From Acidobacteriota bacterium (lineage in GTDB: Bacteria; Acidobacteriota; UBA6911), in NCBI GenBank assembly GCA_963664705.1, contig OY761556.1, positions 2,784,001-2,848,000 on the forward strand: DNA of 64,000 bases, written 5' to 3'. Every line of letters begins with the position of its first letter. Positions within the stretch are counted from its first letter, which is position 1. Both the position numbers and the translations under genes were made by a program. Positions 9,801-19,607 of this stretch are shown here, one piece after another. The notes under the pieces are model-generated. The model made no database searches, was not told where the DNA came from, and was given only the letters and a program-made list of their open reading frames with translations.

Positions 9801-11240
9801 ATGCAGACAAGCGGCACCTATGACGTAATTGTAGTTGGCGGTGGAACTTCGGGAGTTGCCGCGGCGATTGCGGCGGCAAGAACAGGGGCAAAAACACTGC
9901 TCGTGGAACGGCTGGGAACCTTGGGCGGTCAGATGAACGTATCGGGCCCTCCAGGCTTTGCCTATGCCAACCTTTATAATGAACGGCAGGAACGGATCAT
10001 CGGCGGAATCATCACCGAAACCCATGAACGCCTTCTGAAAGACGGACACGCCATTCCCCACATGGAACCCGATTTTCGAGGCTGGTACACATTCGCCTAT
10101 GTAGACCCGGACTGGTGGAGTCTGATGATGTTTGAAATGATGGAGGAGAACAAGGTCAAACTCCTTCTGCATTCGCTTGCCGTCGATGTGGTCAAGGAAG
10201 GCAATGCCGTAAAAGGGATTATTGTTGAAAATGTTTCCGGACGTCAGACCATCTTCGGCAAGGTAATCATCGATTGCACGGGTGAAGGCGAAGTGGCCGC
10301 ACGGGCCGGCGCGCCCTTCGAGCTTCTTCCAAAAGACCAAATGGAACCCCATTCGCTTTCCTTCACAGCGGACGGAGTCGACTGGGCTAAAGTCATGAAG
10401 TACATCAAGGACAATCCCAGGGAGTTCGAGTTTGAGCGATTCATGGAAAACACGCAGCACAAGTGGACCTATGATCAGCTCGTTGAGCGGATCCGGAAGG
10501 TGGAGTCCGTTGAGGAGTTCGGCGAGGTCATGGGATTCCGCAGCCTTAAGCTGAAGGGGCTCGAAACCGGTGAGTGGCACGGTTTCAGCGGCGTTGGATT
10601 TTTCCTGATCCCCAGAGAGGGAGGCGTCGTCCAGGCGCATTTCCAACATTCCTCGCAGATAGGAAATTGTGACGCCACCGATGTGGAAGATCTTACATTT
10701 GCCGAGATCGAATGCCGTCGCCAGTGTGTGATTGCGTGGAAGTTTGTAAAGAAATACCTGCCGGGGTTTGAGAAAGCCTATATCACGCGAGTTTGCCCGG
10801 AGCTGCGCATTCGGGAAGGCCGCCGCATTATGGGAGATTATATCCTGCGCGGGGAGGATGTGATTGAGGAACGCAAGTTCACCGATGTCATCGGCAAAAG
10901 CTCATTCCCTGCCGGCGCCGTGCATGTAGTCGGTCCGGGAACGCTGAATGACATGAAACCACCCGACACGCCCAAAACCGGCGGATCCCATGATATTCCC
11001 TATCGATGCCTGGTGCCCCAGAAAATTGAAAATCTCCTGGTGGCCGGTAAGGCCGTATCCGCACACCGAGAAGCCTATCTGCGGTTTCTGATGCAGACAA
11101 TGGTAACCGGACAGGCTGCGGGAGTGGCCGCCGGCTTGTGCGCCCGGGATAACATCACGCCGCGCATGCTGGAATCGGATGTTACCGAGCTGCAGAAGAT
11201 CCTGGTACAGCAGGGGGCAATTCTCACGGGTACGCATTAG
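9801..11240 (+). CDS. FAD-dependent oxidoreductase (FAD_oxidored/PF12831-like)
   Basis: GGGTSG Rossmann motif, IDCTGEG, IREGRRI, IPYRCLVP, GQAAGVAA. AGGAGG SD. Confidence 0.9.
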   Translation: MQTSGTYDVIVVGGGTSGVAAAIAAARTGAKTLLVERLGTLGGQMNVSGPPGFAYANLYNERQERIIGGIITETHERLLKDGHAIPHMEPDFRGWYTFAYVDPDWWSLMMFEMMEENKVKLLLHSLAVDVVKEGNAVKGIIVENVSGRQTIFGKVIIDCTGEGEVAARAGAPFELLPKDQMEPHSLSFTADGVDWAKVMKYIKDNPREFEFERFMENTQHKWTYDQLVERIRKVESVEEFGEVMGFRSLKLKGLETGEWHGFSGVGFFLIPREGGVVQAHFQHSSQIGNCDATDVEDLTFAEIECRRQCVIAWKFVKKYLPGFEKAYITRVCPELRIREGRRIMGDYILRGEDVIEERKFTDVIGKSSFPAGAVHVVGPGTLNDMKPPDTPKTGGSHDIPYRCLVPQKIENLLVAGKAVSAHREAYLRFLMQTMVTGQAAGVAAGLCARDNITPRMLESDVTELQKILVQQGAILTGTH

Positions 11241-11322
11241 CGCTATCGTGGCATGCGCGGCTGGACAGGCTGCGCATGCCACGGAAGCAAGGACCCTATC
11301 GAATAAAACCGAGGAGATCGGA

Positions 11323-12708
11323 ATGGCAGAGATTCGCGGAAATAGCGCGACCGGCAGTGCAATCGATCTAGGAAAGATCATCGATGAATCCAAGTTCAAC
11401 AAAGTCTCGCTCACGGTTATTGCATTATGCGGACTGATCATGCTGATGGATGGCTACGATTACACCATCATCAACGTGGCCGCCCCCGTGATTATGAAGG
11501 AGTGGGGTGTCAGTAAATCGCTGTTCGGCTGGGTATTTGCCTCGGCATTTTGCGGTTATCTGTTTGGCGCCATCATCTTCGGCACCCTCTCGGACAGAAT
11601 CGGCAGAAAGAAGACGCTCATCATCTCATCCCTGGTTTTCAGCATCGGGACGCTACTGGCCTACTTCTCTCACTCGGCACAAAGCCTGATCCCCATGCGC
11701 GTGTTCACCGGAATCGGTATCGGGGGAGCCGTCCCCTGCGCCATCACGCTCACAAGCGAGTATTCGCCTCTCAAGGGACGAGGGAAGTATGTCTCGATCA
11801 TGTATACCGGGTTTCTGATTGGCATCGTTCTTGGCGGGTTTGTCGCCGGCTATGTACTTGCCCGGTTCGGATGGAGGCAGTTGTTTGTCATTGGTTTCGT
11901 GGCTCCCGTCCTTGCCATTATCCTTGTATGGTTCAAGCTGCCGGAATCCGCCCGATGGCTTTCGGCAAGAACCCAGACAGCACAGCAACAGGAAGTGCTG
12001 TCCGATATTGTCCGACAGATAAGCCCCGGGATCCAGATTGGCACGGATACACAATTTGTATCGACCGGGTCGAGCAAAAGCAAGGCATCGTTCCGCGAGC
12101 TTTTCAACGGCAGGCTGGCATGGGTCACGGCCATCGTCTGGTCCTACTATATGGTAAGCTCCATCGCGGTCTTCTTCATCGGCAGCTGGTCGCCTCAGCT
12201 TCTCGTGGTGAAAGGATTCTCCGCCCCCACAGCCGCATTCATCACCGGCTCCGGCAATATCCTGATCGCGACGGGGTGCCTGATCAGCGGATTCTATTTT
12301 GACAAATTCGGCTTTCGGTGGGGATGGGTCCTCCATGTGATTGCCGCCGTGTGTGTTTTCTTTCTTGGCGGACTCCAGCCGCTCGGCTTTGTGATTCTGC
12401 TTTTTGCCAGCGGCTTTTTCATCAATTCAGCCCATATGGCCATTACCATCCTGGCCCCCATCGTATACCCTCCCAGTTGCAGGAATCAGGGTGCCGGCAC
12501 GGCCATTGCCTTTGCCCGGATCGGAGCCATGCTGGGCCCCTCCATCGGCGGAATGCTCCTGGACACACAAATCCCGCTGCAAAAGCTGATCGCTCTCGTT
12601 TCCATTCCGCTCGTAATTGCCGCGCTCCTCTGCTATGTAGCGGGACGGCAGTACGATTTCTATTTCGCTCCTCTGTATGCCGGAAAGCTCAACCCGAACG
12701 AAAAATAA
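11323..12708 (+). CDS. MFS transporter, aromatic acid:H+ symporter (AAHS, PcaK/BenK-like)
   Basis: MDGYD in TM1, LSDRIGRK, SEYSP..RG, LPES.RWL, YP...RNQG. GAGGAG SD before ATG 11323. Confidence 0.85.
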   Translation: MAEIRGNSATGSAIDLGKIIDESKFNKVSLTVIALCGLIMLMDGYDYTIINVAAPVIMKEWGVSKSLFGWVFASAFCGYLFGAIIFGTLSDRIGRKKTLIISSLVFSIGTLLAYFSHSAQSLIPMRVFTGIGIGGAVPCAITLTSEYSPLKGRGKYVSIMYTGFLIGIVLGGFVAGYVLARFGWRQLFVIGFVAPVLAIILVWFKLPESARWLSARTQTAQQQEVLSDIVRQISPGIQIGTDTQFVSTGSSKSKASFRELFNGRLAWVTAIVWSYYMVSSIAVFFIGSWSPQLLVVKGFSAPTAAFITGSGNILIATGCLISGFYFDKFGFRWGWVLHVIAAVCVFFLGGLQPLGFVILLFASGFFINSAHMAITILAPIVYPPSCRNQGAGTAIAFARIGAMLGPSIGGMLLDTQIPLQKLIALVSIPLVIAALLCYVAGRQYDFYFAPLYAGKLNPNEK

Positions 12709-12722
12709 CCTCGCTTAACCCC

Positions 12723-12767
12723 AAAAACGCAAGGACTTAAGGATTCATTCCCAGTCCTTGCGTTTTT
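12723..12767 (+). terminator. Probable intrinsic terminator hairpin
   Basis: Perfect 15-bp inverted repeat aaaaacgcaaggact / agtccttgcgttttt just after the MFS stop. Confidence 0.7.
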
Positions 12768-12821
12768 AGCCACTTGTGTAAAACATATCCACCTAATGTC
12801 ACTCGATTGCCCTTGTCTTAC

Positions 12822-12837
12822 TTACACATTGGTGTAA
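12822..12837. promoter_or_regulatory. Candidate operator TTACAC-N4-GTGTAA
   Basis: Perfect dyad ttacac-attg-gtgtaa upstream of the TonB-dependent receptor. Near copies at 27125 and 28650. Confidence 0.4.
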
Positions 12838-13186
12838 TTGTAGGCGCAGCTAAGCCAATAGTACAAAGTGTCTCCCCAAAATTGCGGGGGGAGCGTTTCT
12901 AATTAATGCCAGTTTGTTTTGGATCTAGTCAACAACGGTGCGAATTGGGATGAAGGATGCGACATGTGCAGCGCTTCCCTGGCTGCGAAGCACATGCAGG
13001 ACGATGGCCTTTTAATACGGGCTTAACTGAAGAAGTATCGAATTAGACAAATGATGCGATACGCGGCAATGACCTGGATAGCGCTCGTCTGAGTCGTATT
13101 TCGGAGGGGGTTCGTGTCCGAAATCCCACAGAAGGCTAACGATAGAAAGAAATCAAATCACTTCTAACTCCACAAACGGAGGATTG

Positions 13187-16100
13187 ATGATGAGAGGATT
13201 TTGGATTGTGGCATTTGCAGCACTTGCCCTGGCGATATCCCCATTGGCATTCGGCCAATCCAGTAACGGTACCATCAGCGGTACCGCGGCCGATACTTCG
13301 GGCGGCGTTTTGCCGGGGGTCACGGTGACGGCAACAAACACGAGTACCGGCATTGTTGCGACAGCAACAACCAATAGTGCCGGCATCTATAACTTTCTCA
13401 GTGTTCAGCCTGGCAGCTATAAAGTCAGCGCGGAAATGAAGGGGTTCCAGACAAAAACATTTACCAATGTTTCCGTTGGAAATGCGGCGCAGGTCAGACT
13501 TAATTTCGCGCTTGAACTGGGCCAGATCAATGAAACCGTTGAGGTCAGCGTGGCAGGCGATCGCCTGTTGCTGGAATCCACCTCGTCGGTTGGAGATGTT
13601 CTTCCTGAAACAAAGGTGCGCGAACTGCCTCTCACGAGCCAGAATGTGCTGGACCTTTCCAAAGTAATGGGCGGCGTCATCCAGACCAACGATGCGATCT
13701 TCGGCGAGAGCGCAGGAATGGGCGGCGGCGGCACGACATTTGCCGGAGTCAGCCCTGCGAATGTAAACGTACAGAGGGATGGTATCCCGATGAGCGACGT
13801 TCGCTGGCCAACCGGTATCAACTCCGCCACGCGCCTTAATCCTGACCTGGTCGGCGAAGTCCGGATGCTGCTCGCTCCGGTAGATGCCGAAGCGGGACGC
13901 GGCAATGGTCAGGTGCAGGTTCAGACCAAAGCTGGAGGGAATGCATACCACGGAGCGGCGGTTTTAAACTCCCAGAATTCCTTCCTGGATCCGAACACAT
14001 GGACAAACAATCGAAGTGGTATCGCTGCGCCCTGGAGAAACCTGCAGCAATACACCCTCAGCCTCGGCGGGCCACTGATCAAGAACAAGACGTTTTTCTT
14101 TGTGCTCTGGGATCAGCAGTTTGCCCGCCAGCGCTACCCCAGGCAATCGCTGGCTCTGACGCCCTGCGCCCAGCGAGGGATCTTCCGTTATTATGACAAT
14201 TGGAATAACGGAAATATTCGATCTGCCACCGTTGGCGGCTCCACACCAACAACGGCCGTTGTGAATGCCGATGGCAGTCCCAAGGCTCCGTCCACGAATC
14301 CGGACGGCACCACTCACAACGGAATCCTTCGCTATGCCAGTGTCTTTGGTCAACTGGCCAGCACGCCCAAACTGGCGGACTGTTCTGATGCGGTAGTCAC
14401 TCCGGGCACAGCCTGGGATCAATACCGTACGGGAATGGATCCGACCGGATACATCGCCAATTTCATAAAGATGACACCGAAGGTAAACAACTATGAAGTC
14501 GGCGATGGGTTGAATACCGCGGGATCCCGCTGGACACAGGCAATCCGAGGAGCCGACAATCTGTACGGAGTTGGCGAAGACACCCAGAGGAAGCAGATCA
14601 ACGTCCGAATCGACCACAACTTCAACCAGAAGCACAGGGTCAATGGATCGTGGAGCTATGAAAGAGACTGGGCGGACGACACCTTTGCCAACTGGCCGGA
14701 AAATTCGTACGGCGGCAAAGTCACCCGTTATCCGCAGGTGTTCACAATCAACTTGATTTCCACCTTCACGCCAACCCTCCTCAATGAAGCCCGCGCGGGA
14801 ATGATGAGAAACGGAAACAATATCTTCTCACCATTGAAGAATCCCGACGTAAAGGACAAGATGATCGCACTCCTTCCCAAGGTCAATGGCCAGCCGATGA
14901 TCGTCGGCCCGGGAGACGGGAATGTGAACTTCAGCCCCGACTGCTTCCCCTACTGCCCGGCCAATGCTGCGGCAGGCACGCCAAGCAATCCCTTCGGCGG
15001 CAGAGGCATGCTGTCCTATGACGGCTTCGATACAAGCACGCGGTGGACGTTCGGCGACACGCTCGCCTGGACGAGAGGTGCCCATTCCTTCAAGGTGGGC
15101 GGTGAATACCGCGTTTCGACTTCCTACGGCGCGGTCGGCTGGGTGATGAATTCATCGTGGCAGAGCCTGGTCCCGACGCCGTTTGCAGCCGGCGGAGCGG
15201 CCACCTATGCTCCGAACGGAATCACGCCTTTCACGGGGATCCCTGGATTGGCCGGCTTCTTTGCCGGTAACCAGGCAAACATGGCAAGTCTTCTGAACTT
15301 CCTGTCCGGGTCGATCGGAAGCATGCGCCAGTATTACTATCTCAATTCGCCCACCCAGAGCACGTGGAGCGACTATACAAAAGAGCCCTATCCAATTCGG
15401 GACTTCCACCAGAATGAATGGGGATTCTTCTTCAAGGATGACTGGAAAGCACATCAAAACCTCACCCTCAACCTTGGATTCCGTTGGGATTATTATGGTG
15501 TTCCCTACATCAAATCCGGCATGACCGCCGGCTTTGACGGAGGTGGAGCCGCCCTGTTCGGAATCTCCGGAAGAAACTGGGGCGATGCTTTCTGGAAGGC
15601 CGGTGCCCGCGCCGATCTGACCAAGTCAATCTTTGTCGGTCCCAATTCTCCCCATCCCAACCAAAGCGTATACGAAAAAGATCTGAATAACTTCGGTCCC
15701 GCCGTAGGTTTTGCCTGGCAGCTCCCCTGGCTTGGAAAGGGCAAGACAACCATCCGCGGAGGCTATCAGCTCACCTATACGCCTGCCGCCCGCGTAAGTA
15801 CCATGGCGGACACCCTGGGCACACCTCCTGGCAGCGTCTACATGGCAAGCTATAACGGTTCGCCAACGAACCCTTATCTTAGCCTTTCCAACCTGACCAG
15901 CCCGGTGCCGATTCCTACGGGAATCGCCCCGATGCAATCGATTCCGCTGACAGACAGGATCACGACGATATCCGCTTTTGACCCGAACTTCAGGACTCCG
16001 TACATCCAGAACCTGACTTTGGCGATCACGCGGAACATCGCATCCAACCTGGAAGTAGACATCAAGTACATCGGGACCTTGAGCCGCAAGCTCCAGGGGA

Positions 16101-17305
16101 CTCAAAACATCAACCTCCCCAATTTCATGACCAACGGGTTGCTCCAGGCGTTCAACTCTGCACGCACCGGAGGCGAATCCGCCCTGTTGGACAAGTTGTT
16201 TGGTCCGATTCGAGGAACGCAAAGTGGAGCCACTTACCTGCGAAACGCCCAGAGCTATTCTGACTGGGCCCCTGCAGTGGGTGTCTACACCTTCATGCGA
16301 AACGATCTCGCCAACGGCAACTATGCCAATATTGCGCAGACCATCAATTACATGGGCGCCACCCCTGGACAGTTGCTGCGGGATGCCGGATTTGCAGAAA
16401 ACTTCATCAAAACCAATCCGCAGTTCAACAATGCCAACTATCTGACCAATTCGGATAGATCCAACTATCACTCGCTGCAAACTCAGGTTACATTGCGCCC
16501 CACGCACGGGATCAGCTTTACCGCTACCTACACGTGGTCGAAGAACCTGGGTATTACCGGCACTCCAACGGATCCGTTGGATCGAAACGGAGACTATTCG
16601 CTGCTGGCCGGTAACCGCAGCCACGTTTTCGTCACTTACGGAACCTTTGATCTGCCCTTCGGGCCGGGTCGGATCTTCGGCAGCAGCAGCCGAGGCGTTC
16701 TCGCCCGCCTGATTGAGCAGTGGCAGGGAAGCTGGATCTTCAACCTCAGAAGCGGAACGCCGCTGGGAGTAACCGCGGCAAACATGCTCTATGCCAATGG
16801 AGTTCCGGATCAGGTCGGGAAGTTTGACTATAACTCGGTGGGAACGGTATGGCTGAATGGTGCCGCCAGCGGCAACTACTTCGGCAACAGATACAAAACC
16901 GTAGCCGATCCGCAGTGCTCCAGCATTGAGTCAAGCCTGCGGTCGGCCTGTACGCTCCAGGCAATCGCCGATACCAGCGGCAGCATCATTTTCCAGAATC
17001 CTCAACCGGGCACGAGAGGCAATTTCGGCCGAAACCGGTTTGATGGACCAGGGGAATGGTCTTTGGATATGGCAATGTCCAAGGCAATACGTATTGCCGA
17101 AGGCAAAACTTTTCAACTCCGTCTGGATGCGAACAACATCCTGAACCATCCGGTGCCGTCGTATCAGTCCTTCGGTTCGGGCATGCGCATCATCGTTGCG
17201 CAAGCCCCCATCGTGAGCATCAACGACGCCGTGAATCCATTTGGTTACCTGGATAACAAAGTGGGTACCCGCACATTCCAGATAACCGCTCGCGTAAACT
17301 TCTAG
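13187..17305 (+). CDS. Oar-like TonB-dependent receptor with N-terminal carboxypeptidase-regulatory-like domain
   Basis: Signal peptide, GTISG..D.SGGVLPGVTVTATN, FFFKDDWK...LTLNLG.RWDY, DLNNFGPAVGFAW, C-terminal ARVNF. About 1370 aa. GGAGG SD. Confidence 0.92.
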   Translation: MMRGFWIVAFAALALAISPLAFGQSSNGTISGTAADTSGGVLPGVTVTATNTSTGIVATATTNSAGIYNFLSVQPGSYKVSAEMKGFQTKTFTNVSVGNAAQVRLNFALELGQINETVEVSVAGDRLLLESTSSVGDVLPETKVRELPLTSQNVLDLSKVMGGVIQTNDAIFGESAGMGGGGTTFAGVSPANVNVQRDGIPMSDVRWPTGINSATRLNPDLVGEVRMLLAPVDAEAGRGNGQVQVQTKAGGNAYHGAAVLNSQNSFLDPNTWTNNRSGIAAPWRNLQQYTLSLGGPLIKNKTFFFVLWDQQFARQRYPRQSLALTPCAQRGIFRYYDNWNNGNIRSATVGGSTPTTAVVNADGSPKAPSTNPDGTTHNGILRYASVFGQLASTPKLADCSDAVVTPGTAWDQYRTGMDPTGYIANFIKMTPKVNNYEVGDGLNTAGSRWTQAIRGADNLYGVGEDTQRKQINVRIDHNFNQKHRVNGSWSYERDWADDTFANWPENSYGGKVTRYPQVFTINLISTFTPTLLNEARAGMMRNGNNIFSPLKNPDVKDKMIALLPKVNGQPMIVGPGDGNVNFSPDCFPYCPANAAAGTPSNPFGGRGMLSYDGFDTSTRWTFGDTLAWTRGAHSFKVGGEYRVSTSYGAVGWVMNSSWQSLVPTPFAAGGAATYAPNGITPFTGIPGLAGFFAGNQANMASLLNFLSGSIGSMRQYYYLNSPTQSTWSDYTKEPYPIRDFHQNEWGFFFKDDWKAHQNLTLNLGFRWDYYGVPYIKSGMTAGFDGGGAALFGISGRNWGDAFWKAGARADLTKSIFVGPNSPHPNQSVYEKDLNNFGPAVGFAWQLPWLGKGKTTIRGGYQLTYTPAARVSTMADTLGTPPGSVYMASYNGSPTNPYLSLSNLTSPVPIPTGIAPMQSIPLTDRITTISAFDPNFRTPYIQNLTLAITRNIASNLEVDIKYIGTLSRKLQGTQNINLPNFMTNGLLQAFNSARTGGESALLDKLFGPIRGTQSGATYLRNAQSYSDWAPAVGVYTFMRNDLANGNYANIAQTINYMGATPGQLLRDAGFAENFIKTNPQFNNANYLTNSDRSNYHSLQTQVTLRPTHGISFTATYTWSKNLGITGTPTDPLDRNGDYSLLAGNRSHVFVTYGTFDLPFGPGRIFGSSSRGVLARLIEQWQGSWIFNLRSGTPLGVTAANMLYANGVPDQVGKFDYNSVGTVWLNGAASGNYFGNRYKTVADPQCSSIESSLRSACTLQAIADTSGSIIFQNPQPGTRGNFGRNRFDGPGEWSLDMAMSKAIRIAEGKTFQLRLDANNILNHPVPSYQSFGSGMRIIVAQAPIVSINDAVNPFGYLDNKVGTRTFQITARVNF

Positions 17306-17357
17306 CGAGCAGCGCAGTTACTCAGCCTCGAAGGCTTGAAGGCCTGAAAAAATTTTC

Positions 17358-17385
17358 GGGTCTCCGAGTCTTCGGGGCTTTTTTT
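17358..17385 (+). terminator. Probable rho-independent terminator
   Basis: Imperfect GC stem ctccga-gtct-tcgggg followed by a T7 run, after the receptor gene. Confidence 0.55.
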
Positions 17386-17435
17386 GTGATACCCTCAAAG
17401 CCTCCAAGTCAGAAATTCCTCGAAGGAGACAAATC

Positions 17436-18734
17436 ATGCGCACCTGTCGGTTGTGGATCGTTTCTACGCTCGCTTTGCTTTTCTCCCTTTCCAGCCTGTT
17501 GGCCCAAAACACTCCATTCCCGGAGGTGAAGCCTGAAGCGGCCGGCTTCTCCGCTGAAAGACTGAACCGGCTCGATAAAGCCATGCAGGAGGCCATCGCC
17601 AGCAAGACGCTGGCCGGAATCGTCACGATGGTGGCGCGCCACGGAAAACTGGTTCAGCAGAAAACATACGGGCTCCAGGATATCGCAACATCAAAGCCCA
17701 TGCAGCGCGACACCATTTTCCGAATCTATTCCATGACCAAGCCGATTACGGGCGTGGCCATGATGATCCTGTACGAAGAAGGAAAATGGCGGCCCAGCGA
17801 CCCGATCGCAAAATACATCCCGGAATTTGCCGACCTGAAGGTATACACGGAAGCTGGCGGCAAGCCGAATCTTGAATCGCCGGTCCACCAGCCCACCATC
17901 GGCGAACTGATGTCTCACACCGCAGGATTCACTTACGGATCGTTCGGCAGCACCCCCGTGGACAAGATGTACCAGCAGTCGAATCCGCTGCAGGCAGCGT
18001 CTTTGAGGGAATTCATCGATAGGATGTCCAAGCTTCCGCTCGTCTATCAGCCGGGCGAAGGATGGATCTACAGCGTCTCCGTCGATATCCAGGGATACCT
18101 GGTCGAAAAACTTTCAGGAAAACCGTTCCCGGATTTCCTGCGTGAACGGATCTTCATCCCTCTCGGCATGAAAGATACCGCGTTTTATGTGCCTAAGGAT
18201 AAACTCGATCGTCTTGCCACCATTTATACGCCGGACCCGAAAGGACCAGGGCTGGTGCCGGTCCCGAGAGATACAAATGTCGATAAAATCCCGGGACTCC
18301 CCTCCGGCGGCGGGGGGCTCTATTCCACGGCCGAAGACTATCTCCATTTCGCGCAAATGCTTCTCAATGGCGGAGTGTTGAATGGGACCCGAATTCTGGC
18401 GCCGAGTACCGTGGCTTTAATGCGCGTCAATCACCTTTCGGCACAGCTCATGACCGGGAAGTACGGGATCGGGTTTTACACGATGCAACCCGGCCTCGGG
18501 TTCGGGTACGATTTTGCCGTATTTGAAGATCCGACTCGATTCGGCAGTACCGCGGGCAAAGGCACTTTTCTCTGGGATGGCGTAGCCGGAACCTGGTTCT
18601 GGATCGATCCGACCAACGACCTCGTTTTTGTCGGAATGATACAGCGCGTGATGACTGCGGGACCAACACCCCCGAACATGGAAGATCTGTCACGGGCTCT
18701 GATCTACCAGGCACTGGTAGATCCAGCCAAATAG
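17436..18734 (+). CDS. Secreted serine hydrolase (beta-lactamase class C-like/EstB family)
   Basis: FRIYSMTK (SxxK), LMSHTAG, W.YS, SGGGGLYSTA.DY, WDG.AGT.FWIDP. Confidence 0.92.
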   Translation: MRTCRLWIVSTLALLFSLSSLLAQNTPFPEVKPEAAGFSAERLNRLDKAMQEAIASKTLAGIVTMVARHGKLVQQKTYGLQDIATSKPMQRDTIFRIYSMTKPITGVAMMILYEEGKWRPSDPIAKYIPEFADLKVYTEAGGKPNLESPVHQPTIGELMSHTAGFTYGSFGSTPVDKMYQQSNPLQAASLREFIDRMSKLPLVYQPGEGWIYSVSVDIQGYLVEKLSGKPFPDFLRERIFIPLGMKDTAFYVPKDKLDRLATIYTPDPKGPGLVPVPRDTNVDKIPGLPSGGGGLYSTAEDYLHFAQMLLNGGVLNGTRILAPSTVALMRVNHLSAQLMTGKYGIGFYTMQPGLGFGYDFAVFEDPTRFGSTAGKGTFLWDGVAGTWFWIDPTNDLVFVGMIQRVMTAGPTPPNMEDLSRALIYQALVDPAK

Positions 18735-18747
18735 AAACAGTGGCAAT

Positions 18748-18777
18748 GGGATTCGCGGCAAGACAGCCGCGAATCCC
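18748..18777. repeat. REP-like hairpin between convergent genes (GCCGCGAAT variant)
   Basis: Perfect 12-bp stem gggattcgcggc / gccgcgaatccc. Confidence 0.7.
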
Positions 18778-18783
18778 GCGAAA

Positions 18784-19476
18784 TTACTGAATGACGTCCT
18801 CCACATCAAATCGTCCCCGCCGGACGCTCCCTTCCCTTTCAAAGCTGTCGATCCAGCCCCGGACGCGGCCTTTTCCATAGGTTTCCTCAAAGGCTGTCAC
18901 GATCCGGTCCACCGGGATGTCTGTGAAACTGCCCAGAAATTCAATATATTCCATGAATTTCCGGTTCTCTGAATTGAACAGCTGGAAGATGGAGTCTTCG
19001 CGGCCATTGAACTCGAGCGGCTCGACATGATGCCGTCGGCACAATTCGATATTGAACGCGGGAGTCGACTTCACCCACTTCCCTTCCAAAAAGAATTCGA
19101 CAAACGCATGGTAAGCAAAAATATCGCTCCCCATGTACTCAATCAACTGACGCGTGGCCAGGTGATTTCTTACATTCGCAAAGCCGGGCCTGGTGGGAAT
19201 GCCCATCGCTCTCCCGGCAGCACAGAGCAAGGATGCTTTCGGTATGCAGAAACCTCTCCCGATCTTCAGCACATGGCTCGCGCGGTAGTGTTCCGGCCGG
19301 TAGAACGGCACATACGGGTCATACCAGATTCCATCCCTGACCGCATAATAGAGGCGCACCGCCTTTTCTGTGTCAGTCATGGCATCGACGCATATTCTCT
19401 CGGCGAATTGTCGGATTTCGGGATGATTGCAGTCAATAATTTCCGTCGGTTTGAGATACAGATCTGTGTTTTCCAT
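18784..19476 (-). CDS. Transglutaminase-like cysteine protease family protein
   Basis: VRDGIWYDPY, GFCIPKA (Cys), VRNHL, YHAFVE..LEGKWVK.TPAF. Start taken at MENTDL. Confidence 0.88.
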   Translation of the reverse strand: MENTDLYLKPTEIIDCNHPEIRQFAERICVDAMTDTEKAVRLYYAVRDGIWYDPYVPFYRPEHYRASHVLKIGRGFCIPKASLLCAAGRAMGIPTRPGFANVRNHLATRQLIEYMGSDIFAYHAFVEFFLEGKWVKSTPAFNIELCRRHHVEPLEFNGREDSIFQLFNSENRKFMEYIEFLGSFTDIPVDRIVTAFEETYGKGRVRGWIDSFEREGSVRRGRFDVEDVIQ

Positions 19477-19525
19477 TGCGCCAGTGTAACACCATCCGGG
19501 GGACAACCGGAAAATGGAATCCTGC

Positions 19526-19556
19526 TTGACCTGTCTAAAGCTTCACAGTTTACAGT
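19526..19556 (+). promoter_or_regulatory. MerR-type promoter with 19-bp spacer and internal dyad
   Basis: TTGACC (19526-31), 19 nt, TACAGT (19551-56). Dyad CTGT-N10-ACAG spans the spacer. Lies directly upstream of the merR-like gene. Confidence 0.75.
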
Positions 19557-19607
19557 TCTCTTTGCCCGCTGTTTTCGGGAATAATGAGTTCGAAAGGTTG
19601 AGATCCT

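Noticed and set aside
17436-18734. Beta-lactamase resistance gene
   Set aside because: Motifs fit the broad EstB-like serine hydrolase family (LxxHxxG, WxG). Nothing specific to AmpC.
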